DNA of 64,000 bases from Octopus sinensis. Lineage: Eukaryota. Positions 51,006 to 62,824 of this stretch are shown here, in pieces (within the stretch, counting starts at the first letter, position 1; the number at the start of each line of letters is the position of its first letter). The position numbers and the translations under genes were made by a program. The notes below the pieces were generated by a model. It saw nothing but the letters and a program-made list of their open reading frames with translations, did no database searches and was not told the origin of the DNA. Location: assembly GCF_006345805.1 (NCBI RefSeq), contig NC_042998.1, positions 99,014,001-99,078,000 of the forward strand, read 5' to 3'.

Positions 51006-52752
51006 AAGTATGGGGGTTTAGTTCACAGGTGATTAAACAATTAGGTACACTAGGTAAGTGATGTAACGGATTACTGGGGCTCCAAAGTTATAGCCGAGAT
51101 AGTAGTTATGGAGCCATTTCAGATTTCCGATGCAGCAGATCTATAATTGTTAAACAGGATGTAGGCAAGGCAAACATCTCAAGTCATATACAATATTATT
51201 ATAGGAAGAAATTCAAAATCTTATAGGTGTTTCTGGGATATCTCCGAGTATGGAATATTCCATCATCAGAGACAAATAGGGGAAAAAAATATGGCAAATG
51301 AGATGCTGTCATGATTTATTTGCCAGAACTTGATGTTTCTAGATATCACTAATCATTTACTTATGGCCGATTCTGAAATGGTCATAAGCCAACCTTATGT
51401 TAGGATTATTTTATCTGCAACTATAACACCATTCAATCAAGAATTTACTTGGTTGTCAATTAACCTTGATCAAGCCAACTTGTGACTGAAAGGCATTGCA
51501 GATGTGATCATTGCCTGCTTTTAATTTTTAAGCATTCCCACCTCCTCCTGTTCATCAATCACTTCATTCACTTCTATCTCTAATCATTTGGCACTTCCCC
51601 CTAACATTTATATAACAACCCCTCACCTTCTGATCCATTGCTCATATCATCTCTTGAGGGTTTTGCTCTGGCACTCCATCACTGCCATCTTACCTTTTTT
51701 TCCCTTGATACTCCCTCCCACCCTTATATAAAAGCCAGGAAACCATGTATCTTCTTTATAGCAAGACACCTCTGCATGTCCCTCTTTACCCTATCAAATA
51801 CCCTCACAAAGATTCTTAGTCATGAGGAGTCCCCCCACCTTTTCTTGTTCTTTCTTGTACAAGTTACATGGCAACCTTGCTACTGTTGGGGGCATGAAAA
51901 AGTGCCTAGTAAACACTGTAAAGTGGTTGGTATTAGAAAGGGCATTCAGCCATAGAAACCACACCATAGCTAACATGGAGCATGATGCAGTCCTGTGGTT
52001 CACCAGATCCTGCCAAATCAACCAAAGGCCAGTATGGAAAACATGTTAAATGATAAGTGTATCTTCCACTTTTTCAAGATGTGATAGGGAGGTTCATTTG
52101 CTGCTTTTAGTAGGTCAAGTGAACATGTAGAGGCTTCCTCATTGAATGCCATTATCATAGTGGTGGTAAGGAGAATTGAAAATACATGAGTGGACAAACA
52201 ATGAGCTAATATTGTCTCTTGATTTCATCAGCTTTTGGGTGTGGTACAAGTGTTTAGCAAAGTACTATGTTTTTTTTTTTTTTTCATCAAAGTTAAATGT
52301 CTAAACTAGCTTAAAATACAACAGACGATTGTTATTGGCAACAAATATTGTCTCAAACAAAATGTTAGATGTATTATGTTAACTATTTCATAAGTGATTT
52401 GATGGGGAGTTCTTTAGCACCAGGCCATCCATTTGCAGGCAAATCTCTGATGAAAAGTATTCCAACTATATTCATCCTGTAGTTTGTATGTCAGGAACTA
52501 CAATAGCTAATGTATTCTGTCCTATTTTTTTTCTTTTTCTCCATAAGACTGTTAAGTGATTTGGGAGATATTTCACTGATTTTTCAAGTGGATCAAGTGA
52601 CTGCACAGGAACTCCTTTATGAGAAATACTATATACTTACAGTAGAATATTAAACTATTAGTCAGTAGCTTAATGTTTAGCAGCAGGGCAACTCTAATTG
52701 AACAGATATATCATCAAAAGCATTCCTGATTTTTAGGGGTATGTAGAACTTG

Positions 52753-53465
52753 TCATCATCATCATTTCATTTAACGTCCATTGTCCATGCTGGCATGGGT
52801 TGGATGGTTTGACCAGAGCTGAGGGGCTGCACCAGTCTCCAGTCTGATTTGGCATGGTTTCTATGGCTGAATGCCCTTCCTAATGTCAACCACTCCAAGA
52901 GTGTAATGGGTACTTTTACGTGTGCCAGTTGCATGACACCAGTATCTGTCACAACCACAGTTTCACTTGGCTTGATAGGTCTTCTTCTCAACCACAGTAT
53001 ATTGCCAAAGGTCTCGATCATTTGTCATTGCCTTTGTAAGGCCCACACTTCAAAGGTGCTTTTTACATGCCACCAGCACAGATGCCAGGTATACAACACC
53101 AGCATCGGCCACATTGCCCCCATGAGGCCCAACACTCAAAAGGTGCTTTTTACATTTCACCAGCACAGGTGCCATTTATGTGACACTGGTATCAGCCATG
53201 ACTATGATTTCACTTAGCCTGACATGTCTTCTCAAGCATGGCACATCACCAAAGGTCTTGGTTACTAGTCATTGCCTCTGCGAGGCCCAACATTCGAAGA
53301 TCATGCTTCATCCCTTGTCCCATGTCTTCCTGGGTCTACTTCTTCCACAGGTTCCCTCCACAGTTAGAGACTGGTACTTCTTTACGCAACTGTCTGTCCA
53401 TATACATCACATGACCTTACCAATGCAGTCATCTCTCTTGCACACATCTAATGCCTCTTATGCTT
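52753..53465 (-). mobile_element. 5'-truncated RTE LINE (ORF2 end plus 3' UTR)
   Basis: (cat)n ttaacgtccattgtccatgctggcatggg tail; 53220-53465 is the reverse complement of the GRGRP/WD..KHDL region seen at 16380-16540. Confidence 0.88.
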
Positions 53466-53584
53466 AATCGCACACAAACTTCCATGTTAAATGGTATTGT
53501 AGATTGCTACAGCTCTGCTATAAGCAGGAGTACTATACTTAATGAGGATTTTGTCAGTTTGCAATGTTATATTTGGAGTTCTAG

Positions 53585-53800
53585 TGAAGGCACATAGCTT
53601 AGCAGTTAGGGTATTCATGGTTGTTAGATCCTGAGATTGATATGCGACTGTTTTGTATCCTTAAGCAAGATACTTTATTTCACATTGTTCCTGTTCACTC
53701 AACTGGCAAAAATGAGTTGTGCCTGTATTTTAAAAGACCAGCCTTGTCACATTGAATCTCCCTGAGAACTATGTTAAGGGTCTGCATGTCTGTGGAGTGC
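53585..53800 (+). mobile_element. tRNA-derived SINE, old copy
   Basis: tgaaggcacatagcttagcagttagggta head similar to the 12780-13072 family. Confidence 0.6.
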
Positions 53801-55014
53801 TCTGTCGGTCAGATCAAATGGATCCCTTGTAACCTACAGAGTGCCAGTTACATTTGGAGGTCTATAGTAAACAAGTATCAACACCTGGACAATCTATGAA
53901 AAATGTTGTTAAGTGTAAAGAAATGATGTCACCCCACCTCAACTAAATTAATGGTAAAGAAACTATGTTTTGGGGAGTAACATTTGTTGTAATGCTTATG
54001 AATTTAAGCACAGGGCCACAACTTTAGCAAGGAACTGTCATTGAATGTTGTACTGGAATTTAATATTAAAAGGAGTGATGTAAAACCCCTTGTCAAAATA
54101 GCATAGAGTTTAATCTCAACATAAGTCAACATGGGAGCTTGTACATAGCTACTTGACCTGCAAGAAATAGCTGATCAAATCACATTTTATGAAAGAAAGA
54201 ACACCTTAGATAATGTGGTTCAAAAGATTTTCCTAAAAAAACAGGATGATCGTGACAGCAGTGCTTTCGATCATGAGTCCGCTTGATCAGAGTTGATGAA
54301 CACAAATCTAAAACACCCCAGTGGGAGAGAGAGAGCTATGTCTTCACTTGACCTGCTAGAAATAGCAACCAAATTTCTCTCAAATTACACTAACAGGAAG
54401 AACATATTGGATAATATAATCGAAAGTGCAATGGGAGTGTTGTGGATGAAAACCTTTGATATATCAAAGCTGATATAGGAATAAACAACAACTAAATGCT
54501 AATTTCCTTATAGTTTTGTGCTCTATTCCCACCCCCAACAATCCTCTACCCAAAATTTTGTTTAACCTAGATTAATCTTATTCAAACAGACTTATCTTGA
54601 AATCAAGGGCCTTCAAGCTGTGACCATCCTATCTTTTATTAAGATACAGAGTATCTAGAACTGCCTCCTTCAGTATCTCCTTTTCTTTCCAATTTTTCAA
54701 GAAGGTTGGGTGCAATTTTTAGCAGGTCAAGTGGTCATATGGTAGCTTATTGTTGTTACTTTTAAATAGTTTTGGTTATCTAGTTGTACTGACTTATGAC
54801 ACCAATTCAGTATCCTAGTTAAATATTTCTATCATACCATATCTACTGGTGTTTCACTCATCACACCATTGTCTAATCAACATTGTAGTTCTAATCATTT
54901 ACCTTCAGGGTGAAGAACGCTGCCTAAAATATGTATACAGTAATCACTTGCCATACTGTGGTTCACCTATTGTGCCCTCAGTACATCACGGATTTTTCCA
55001 GTTATATATGTAAA

Positions 55015-56959
55015 CTAGCTGAAGGTGACCCACTCTACACGCGGGTAAGAGTGTGGTTGTTACTTTCTGTTGCTTCCTTTCAGCACGTAAAAAGCACCAT
55101 CCGAACGTGGTGGATTGCAGCGCCGCCTTGACTGGCTTCTGTGCTGGTGGCACGTAAAAAGCACCAACCGATAGTGGCCGCTGCCAGCCCCCCTGGCACC
55201 TGTGCCGGCAGCACGTAAAAAGCACCCACTACGCTCACAGAGTGGTTGGCGTTAGGAAGGGCATCCACCTGTAGAAACACTGCCAGATCAGACTGGAGCC
55301 TGGTGCAGCCTCCTGGCTTCCCAGACCCCGGTCAAACTGTCCAACCCGTGCTAGCACGGAAAATGGACGTTAAACGATGATGATGATTCTCCCTCTTTGT
55401 TTCTCTCTCACTTTCCCACTCTCTTACTCTTCCTTTCTCTCGGACTCTCCCTCGCTTTCTCTTACTCTCTATCTTTATCTATCTCTCTCCCATTTATAAA
55501 CAACAAAAGATCTTGAGTAAGTTGAGAAATAAAATATTTAGAAAGATCAATCATAAATATCAACAGTAACTACAGAAAGGTCTGCTTCAAGACAGACAGC
55601 AAAACACTAACATTTAAAAGGGACAGACGAACTTGCGAGCTGAATAAAAATAATAGAATATTGGAAACCAAAGTTTGAAGGGATAGAATTTGAGGATAGT
55701 AGAGTCACCATGGCTGGCATTTCTTAACGACGGACAGCAACGTATTGACAGTTTAATGGCTGGCGTAAAATTTTGAACTTGATGTAAAAGAAAATCCCTA
55801 AACACCAAGTTTTGAATTGATTCTTTCTCACGACAGTAGACTCACCATGGCAAGCATTCAAAACTTCTTCATCATGGACGGCAACACATTGACGATTAAA
55901 AGGCTGGCGCAAATTTTTTAGCTTGATGTAACAGAGAATTGCTAAACACCCACTCCTTTAAATTTTAATCCCCTTCAAGCCCCATTTAGACCCCTTTTCA
56001 CATTTTGGTTAATATAACCCGATTTCATTCGGGTCTACTGGGGCCACATTTTATAAGATGAGGAATTTTGTCCTAGAGGTCACACCTTTCATTTGAGGAA
56101 AAAAATAGTTGTCATGCAAACTTGCCAGCACTTTTAACATAGGTGTGCATATTTTCAGCTCAACCGACCACATAATGCACACATTATATATATATGTATA
56201 TATGTGTGTGTGTGTGTGTTGGAGTCTCTCTCATACGTGAGCGTTGACGCTGAATTCGACTGGTAAGCAGGTAACCTTGTCTTTGTTGAAATAGTTGTGA
56301 GCTGCTGGAGTTATTTCTCTGACGGGTAATAAGAATTTCCATATCCTCCAAGGAAACGAACTGTTGACCCAGACAATTAGAATTAATTTTAATAAAAGCA
56401 TCAATTTAAGAAAAAATAATAAAGTAGTAAAAAATGAAAATTTAGCACAAAAAATTTGCAGGGTTCTAAATAAATGTTAAAATGTAATAGATACAAAAAA
56501 CCTATGTTATCACCAAAACATGAACGCTTGTTGGTGTGTTCTGTTTGTATTTGCTCGATCGGCGCGTTGACAGGTAGACGATAGAATGCGATGGCGATGG
56601 AATATTTGTTGTCGTGTTGGTTGTGGCGATGATAATTCTCTCTATGAATGCAGACAGATACATAAGTGAAAGTTATGGGAAGGTAGGAAATAGAGTGAGT
56701 GAAAAAGTGCTGGGAAGAGAGGAAATAGCAAGAGTGAGTTGAGGAAGACAGATACATTAAAGAACGGGAGTGGACTTGTCAAAGTGGGTTTTTGGCCCTA
56801 GCAATGACACCTTTTAAGATAGGGATTTCTAAGGTAGCCCACGGGCATCGTCACCTCATTTTACATGTCCCTGTAAATTTTGGAGTCAATCGAACAGGAT
56901 GTAGTGGCCTTGAAAGCGATCCAAGCGGTAAAAACGCATTTCAGTTTTATATATAGAGA
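55015..56959 (-). mobile_element. Non-autonomous Helitron (~1.95 kb including a nested RTE tail)
   Basis: On the minus strand the 5' end is A|TCTCTATATATAAAAC (56959). The 3' end has a hairpin (+ strand acccac-tctacac-gcgggt, 55028-55046), then ~10 nt, then CTAG|T (55015-55018). It is inserted between A and T with no TSD. Internal ~140-bp tandem units lie at 55665-55950. Confidence 0.72.
55050..55387 (+). mobile_element. Young RTE LINE 3' tail nested in the Helitron
   Basis: cacgtaaaaagcacc repeated units, ...ccaacccgtgctagcacggaaaatggacgttaaacgatgatgatgat; CpGs intact. Confidence 0.9.
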
Positions 56960-57014
56960 TTTATATCGCGGACTCCTCAGTACATCACAGGTTTCTGCAG
57001 TCGATAGGTATACT

Positions 57015-57390
57015 TTTTTTACTTGTTTCAGTCATTTGACTGTGGCCATGCTGGAGCACCACTTTTAGTCAAGCAAATTGACCTCAGGACTTATTCTTTG
57101 GAAGCCTAGTACTTATTCTATCAGTCTCTTTTGCTGAACTGCTAAGTTACAGGGACATAAACACACCACCATCGGTTGTCAAGCGATGCTGGGGAGACAA
57201 ACATATACACACATACATATATGCGACGGGCTTCCTTCAGTTTCCGTCTACCAAATCCATTCACAAGGCTTTGGTTGGCCTGAGGCTATAGTAGAAGACA
57301 CTTGCCCAAGATGTCATGCAGTGGGAATGAACCTGAAACCATGTGGTTGGTATGCAAGCTACTTACTACACAGCCACTCCTGTGCCTATA
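57015..57390 (-). mobile_element. tRNA-derived SINE (family B), full length
   Basis: Minus strand starts aggcacaggagtggctgtgtagtaagtagcttgc...ggtttcaggttcattccc (tRNA-like head); matches 18716-19110. Confidence 0.88.
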
Positions 57391-57469
57391 TCTATATATC
57401 TTTTTTAGAGTTTAATTATTTCTGTGGTAAACTAAGCACTTTCACACCTAAAAGATAATAAATAAAAAT

Positions 57470-58138
57470 ACTGTACAGTACTGCACTGTATAACACATTA
57501 ATTAAAATTAAAATATCTTAAAAGAAAATACGTAGTGTACCGTAGATGAGTAAACAAAGAAACACATACTGTATGGAAAACGAAACTCTGGAGGTGAGTG
57601 CGTGGTGGTGTTTTGCATTTGTATGTAAAATTGTGAATTTATTTCAAGTCCTACGATGTCACCTAAATGTTCTGCACCTTCTCAGGCTTCTCGCAGTGGA
57701 CCCAAGTGTCAGAGGAAGATGTTTACTATAGCAGAGAAGGTGAGTCTCCTCGACATGCTTAAGGAAGGGAGAAGGTATGCAGATGCAGGCCACCAAAAGA
57801 ACTTCAGAGAATGGCAGAAGATTGGGACTCCCTGATAATTCATGCATTGCAGTTCAGAAATGCAATCGACAAAGCCATGGAAGTTTATGAAAACCTCCTT
57901 ACATGAGAAAAGGCCGCACTAGCAACTGCCCATCACTATGTTCCTCACCCACAAAAAAAGAGAAGACACGGGTACTCCTAAGAGTGTAGGAAGAGTTTAT
58001 AAAAGCTTAAATATATAAAAATAATAAAATAGATATATACAAATTATAAAAATAGTAAAAGAAAATTCTGCTTCAGGGATTTTCACCTATTGCGGAGGGT
58101 TTTGGAACGTAACACCTGCGATAGTCAAGGGATTACTG
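57470..58138 (+). mobile_element. pogo/Tigger-like DNA transposon deletion derivative
   Basis: From 57656: MSPK...PKCQRKMFTIAEKVSLLDMLKEGRRYA, a CENP-B-type HTH start typical of Tigger. The right end is Tigger-like: ...ggaacgtaacacctgcgatagtcaagggattactg|TA. Confidence 0.75.
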
Positions 58139-58249
58139 TACATTAAAACATACTGTCTGCATTTTAAGAGGACAAAGTTATCAATTACATTGGGAAGGGT
58201 AGCTATGTACATAGATAGTCATTTCTTGGTTGAAACACTGGCAATTGAA

Positions 58250-58942
58250 TAAAACATGAGCAGAGAAAGTTGTCATAGCAATACCTGCCCAGAGGCCTAT
58301 ACAACGTTGCAGAAAGTGTATGGAGAAGTGTGTATGAGCTGCACACAAGTGTACAGGTGGTTCAAATGTTTCCAAGAAGGCTGGAAAAATGTCAATATTG
58401 ACGAACATTCTTGGAGCCTGCAACCAGCAGAACTGAGAAAAACATAGCAGATGTGCATGCAGCTGTGAGGAGAAATCATTGAATCACCATCCATGAGTTA
58501 TCAGAGTATTAGTTGCTGATCAGTTCAGTCAATTATTATTGAAGATTTGGGTATGAGATGCATGTCTGCCAAGTTTGTGCCAAAACCACTTTCAGCTGAC
58601 CAAAACAACACTGGGTTTCAGTTGCACAAGATCTCCTTGATATTTTGAAAAAAATGAAAACTTTTTGAAAACTTTGCATAGGTCTCTGGACAGGTATCGA
58701 CAAGCTTTTGGCAAAATTTGTTGCAGATTCTCTGCTCAATTTTCTGTCATTGTCAATGCAATGATCACATGTTACACACCTTCCTTCCAAGTACTGCTGT
58801 AAACAGCGTGAGCTAGAATGTTAAAACTTAGTGTGCATGTACAGCAGAGTTAAAGGTCAATCTGTGACAAGCAGCTTCGCTCTCCATGCTTTAGCTTCAT
58901 TACTATAGCAACAGTCTGGATGCTTATTGATCAGACCACATA
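58250..58942 (+). mobile_element. Mariner deletion derivative (N-terminal HTH relic plus 3' TIR)
   Basis: T.PEAYTTLQKVYGEVCMSCTQVYRWFKCFQEG...IDEH and atgtctgccaagtttgtgccaaaa (MSAKFVPK). A TIR-like acagtctggatgcttattgatcagaccacata ends at ~58942. Confidence 0.85.
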
Positions 58943-59624
58943 TCTAACAAAAATTAGAATTGGTATTTTCTCCAAGTTATATTGCATCAATAAGCAGAGG
59001 TATAGAATTCAAACCAATTCTTTAATTGGGATACCTTTCAGTATCATCAGTGGCATGTTACTGGCCAGTTGGAGTGGTTATCAGTTTATTACTTGTGGGT
59101 TATCCCATGGAACATGCTACATCTCAACAAAAGATAGTCTGGTACATAAAACTACTTTCTGCAATTAAAAGTTAGAGATTTCTAATTTTGGTGCAGGGCC
59201 ACATTTGGGATGAGGAGAGATAGGGTCTAGTCAGTCAAATAGATGCCAGTATTTAATTTACAGAAATGATGAAACATTACACAAAATACCTTGTGCTGTT
59301 TATTTCAGCTCGTAACATTCTGTGTACAAATCCTGTCAGCTTTGCCTTAACTGCTACTTTATTTTATTAATTCCAAAAGTATGAAGACCAAAGTCAACCC
59401 AGCACAATTTGAAATTAGAACTTCAAAAATTTAACTGAATCCAACAAAATATTCTTCCCTTGCTCTGCTGATTCTTCCATCAACTTGAAATGATGACAGT
59501 TAATGATTTCTAACATAGACATAAGGTCACAGACTGACCCTAAAACTTGACTGGTTCTCATTAATCTCAGAAGGAGGAAAGCAAAGTTGATTCACAAAAA
59601 ATTACATTGATGATAATAATGGTT

Positions 59625-59830
59625 TCAACTTTTGGCATAAGGCCAGCAATTTGGTGAGAGGGGTAAGTCGATTAAATCAACCCCTGTGCTCAACTGATAC
59701 TTATTTTATCAACCCCAAAAGGATAAAAGGCAAAGTCAACCTTGGCAGAATTTGAACTCAGTATGTACAGATGGATGAAATGTCACTCAGCAGTTTGTCA
59801 AGTGTGCAAATTATTATGCCAGCTCTCCAA
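59625..59830 (-). mobile_element. tRNA-derived SINE (family C), older copy
   Basis: Similar to 47181-47399 (caaccccaaaaggataaaaggcaaagtcaaccttggcagaatttgaactcag). Confidence 0.75.
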
Positions 59831-59960
59831 GCACAACCATAATGGACTGGCATTCCATTCGAAGGCAATGTTGTGATTTCAGTCACTTATACACCATGGA
59901 GACTGAGTAACTGGCTCTATGTGTCTTGGAACTGAAGACAGTAAGTCCAGTGGTTGATGA

Positions 59961-62060
59961 CACTGGACAACAAAGATTTTGCTACTGAGCATGTATTTTA
60001 GACTAAATCGAGGATGCTAATTCCGAAACCATACTCAGAATTGTCCTAGCACATCAGGATTTTGAATTCTGCACACACTAGATTATAACTAGATATAAGC
60101 CATATTATAAAATTTGCTTAAATGAAAGCAGTCTTAATTCAGAATTAAAGAAATAACAACAATAAAACAAACAATGAGAACATTCATTATTTAGTTTAGC
60201 AATAGATGGCGCTGACGTATTGTGTGCAAGCACCAAGTATATTAGGTTTTTCTTGATAACTCTTAGTGTCATTTGCACTACCGTCACATGTGGTATGTAT
60301 ATCTCTCGCTCTGTGTGGTTACTGTTTTAACTGTGTTCATTGTGTTAAATCCTGAATAGGAGAGGCTGTGTGAATCACCCAGACAACTTTTGTTATATCA
60401 GTGGAAAATTTGTTCAGCATGACCAGCAGAAGAACATTGCCAACAAGTTAAAAACTGCCTATAAATATTATTTTGGGTGTAAAGTTGGGGAGCAAGACAA
60501 GAGGTGGACACTTCATGTATGTTGCACCATGTGTTGCTCAGGGCTTACACAGTGGCTGAATGGAAAACAGTAGGGAATGCCTTTTGTTGTACCAATGGTA
60601 TGGTTTGAGCCAACCAATCCTGTCTCTGATTGTTACTTTTGCATGACTAGTATTTGTGGCTTTTCAAAGAAAACCAAAGCAAAAATTGTGTATGCAGATT
60701 GTAAGTTGGCTCTAAAACTGATCCCACATGACTCCGAGAACCCTGTCCCAGTTACCCTCTCACATTATTCAGTTGAAAATCTTGACACGTTGCATGATGA
60801 ACCCCCTGATTCTCCTATCAGTGCAGAGTACATAGTTGATTCTAAGAAAAATGAACCACGCTTGTTTAATAAAGATTTGAATGATTTAGTAAGAGACCTA
60901 ACATTGTCAAAGGAGAAGGCAGAAGTTTTGGAATCCAGACTACAGCAAGGTACAAAAATTTCCATTTTCTGTTCTCGCTATGAAGGCTTATCTGTCTTTT
61001 TCAAGCAAGAAAATAATGCTTGTTTCTGTATTGACATTAATGCACTCATGCAAAAACTAGGACATGTACATGTGACTAACAAATGAAGATTGTTTACAGA
61101 CACAAATAAGGTTAGCCTCAAAGCTGTGTTACTACATAATGGAAATGAAAACCTTCCATTCCTGTGGGTCATGTCAGTATGGAAGAAACTTATGACTAAT
61201 TGGAACTCATTCTGAAAGGAGTTAATTACTCAGTTCATAAATGGAATATTTGTGGTGATTTCCCTCCTCCTAGGACTGCAGCTGGGATATACCAAAAGTA
61301 CATGATCCTTGTGTGTTTGGAAAAGCTGTGATGACAGCAATCATTACACTGTAAGAGACTGGCCTAAAAGAGATGAGCGCATAGTTGGTCGGTATAATGT
61401 GCAGCATATGCCACTGGTACACCTACAAAAGATCTTCCTTCCACCCCTTCAAATCAAACTTAGCCTCATGAAAAACTTCATAAAAGCAATGACACATGAT
61501 GGGTGTGGTTTCCAGTACCTAAAAGTAAAATTTGGTGCAGAGAAAAGTGATGCAAAACTGAAAGCAGGTATTTTCATTGGACCTGAGATCAGAGAATGGA
61601 TGTCTGATAGCAAATTTGGAGGTAAACTGAATCCAGTTGAGCTGACAGCATGAGATTCATTCGTGTTAGTTGTACAAAACTTTCTTTGAAATCACAGAGC
61701 GGAAAACTATGCTGATTTAATAACTACATGCTAACAGCATATGAAAGAATGGCATGCTAAATGTCCCTTAAAATGCACTTCTTGCATTATCATTTCGATT
61801 TTTTTCCAATGAATCTTGGTGTCGTTAGTGATGAGCATAGCGAGAGGTTCAGCCAGGACATATCTGAGATGTAAACGAGGTATCAAGGCTAGTTCAATTC
61901 ACACATGATGGGTGACTACTCCTGGTTCCTACAACAGAAGACCAGCACGTCGCATAAGTGCAAGAGCAAGTGTCTCAAACATTTCCGAGCTGAGTATATC
62001 AGAAATAAATGAGTATTCCTTTAACATAAATATACTATGTACCATTATACAGTTCTATAT
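59961..62060 (+). mobile_element. Chapaev3-like (CMC superfamily) DNA transposon, decayed; transposase relic ~60370-61960
   Basis: Left end CACTGG at 59961. Fragments read NHPDNFCYI.G...AYKYYFGCKVGEQDK.W..HVCC..C, MPF.VPMVW.EP.N..SDCYFC, RLF.D.NK.SLKAVLLHNGN, LPPLQIKLSLMKNFIKAM and GIFIGPEIR, with MSLKMHFLHYH.DFFP.NLG.VSDEH.ERF.QDI in the distal frames. From recall these match Chapaev3 transposases. Multiple stops and frameshifts; right end not found. Confidence 0.8.
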
Positions 62061-62084
62061 TCAAGAGATGAGGAATTATGTACA

Positions 62085-62238
62085 TTATTTACATTTGACG
62101 GATATTTGTCCCCATCTTGTTTGTTGTTAACACAGTGTTTCAGCTGATATACCCTCCAGCCTTCATCAGGTGTCTTGGGGAAATTTCGAACCTGGGTTCT
62201 CATTCCTCAGGTATTTTTTTGATGATATTATAATTATA

Positions 62239-62278
<40 letters not shown>

Positions 62279-62351
62279 TCACAGACTGGAATCAAACTTG
62301 GAATCTTGGGGTTAGTAGCCCGCACTTTTAACCACTATACCGTATGCCCAT
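62085..62351 (-). mobile_element. tRNA-headed SINE-like / retrozyme-like element with (AAT)n core and a hammerhead-ribozyme-like motif
   Basis: Minus strand: gggcatacggtatagtggttaa (A-box-like)...gtttgattcc (B-box-like), (aat)n, then gacac-CTGATGA-a-ggctg-gagggtatat-cagct-GAAA-cact-gtgtt. Confidence 0.7.
62129..62174 (-). ncRNA. Degenerate minimal type I hammerhead ribozyme motif
   Basis: Core boxes CUGAUGA and GAAA, stem II GGCUG/CAGCU (one G-U), stem I GACAC/GUGUU. The stem III/cleavage triplet region reads ACAC-U, not the functional ACGU-H, so this copy is probably inactive. Confidence 0.6.
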
Positions 62352-62824
62352 GGGCATATGGTGTAGTGGTTAAGAGTTATTTTTTATTAAACCTTTTAAA
62401 AAATTTTAATTTTTTAAATGGCAGGAACTTAGTTGCCAACCTAATACAAACAAAATCAGAAATTCAGTTATAGAGAACAATTGATGGACACTTCTGTGGG
62501 ATTTGAACTCAGAACATAAAGAGCTAAAACAAACACTGTAAGGCATTCTGTCCAATGCTTTAATAATTCTGCCAATCCACTATCTTTATTAATTCTGATA
62601 TAGGCTCAAGGGCATAAATTTTGGGGAGGAGTCAGTCAATAAACCCCTGTAGTTGGCAAGTACTTTATTTCATCAACCCCAGATGGATGAAAAAGCAAAG
62701 TTAGCCAAGTCTTAAGCTGAACTCCAAATGTAAAGAATGAGAACAAATACTGTCAAGTGTTTTGTCTGACGCAATTATCTCTGTCAATTCACCACCATTA
62801 GTAGCGGTGGTGTAGGTAAATGGT

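Noticed and set aside
50861-51061. ORF containing VELYIG, resembling a CLIC N-terminal motif
   Set aside because: It lies downstream of the CLIC stop, runs into a CA microsatellite and has no suitable donor; coincidence.
56401-56757. 118-aa minus-strand ORF inside the Helitron
   Set aside because: Low-complexity S/H/F/Y composition from a purine-rich opposite strand; no Rep or helicase motifs.
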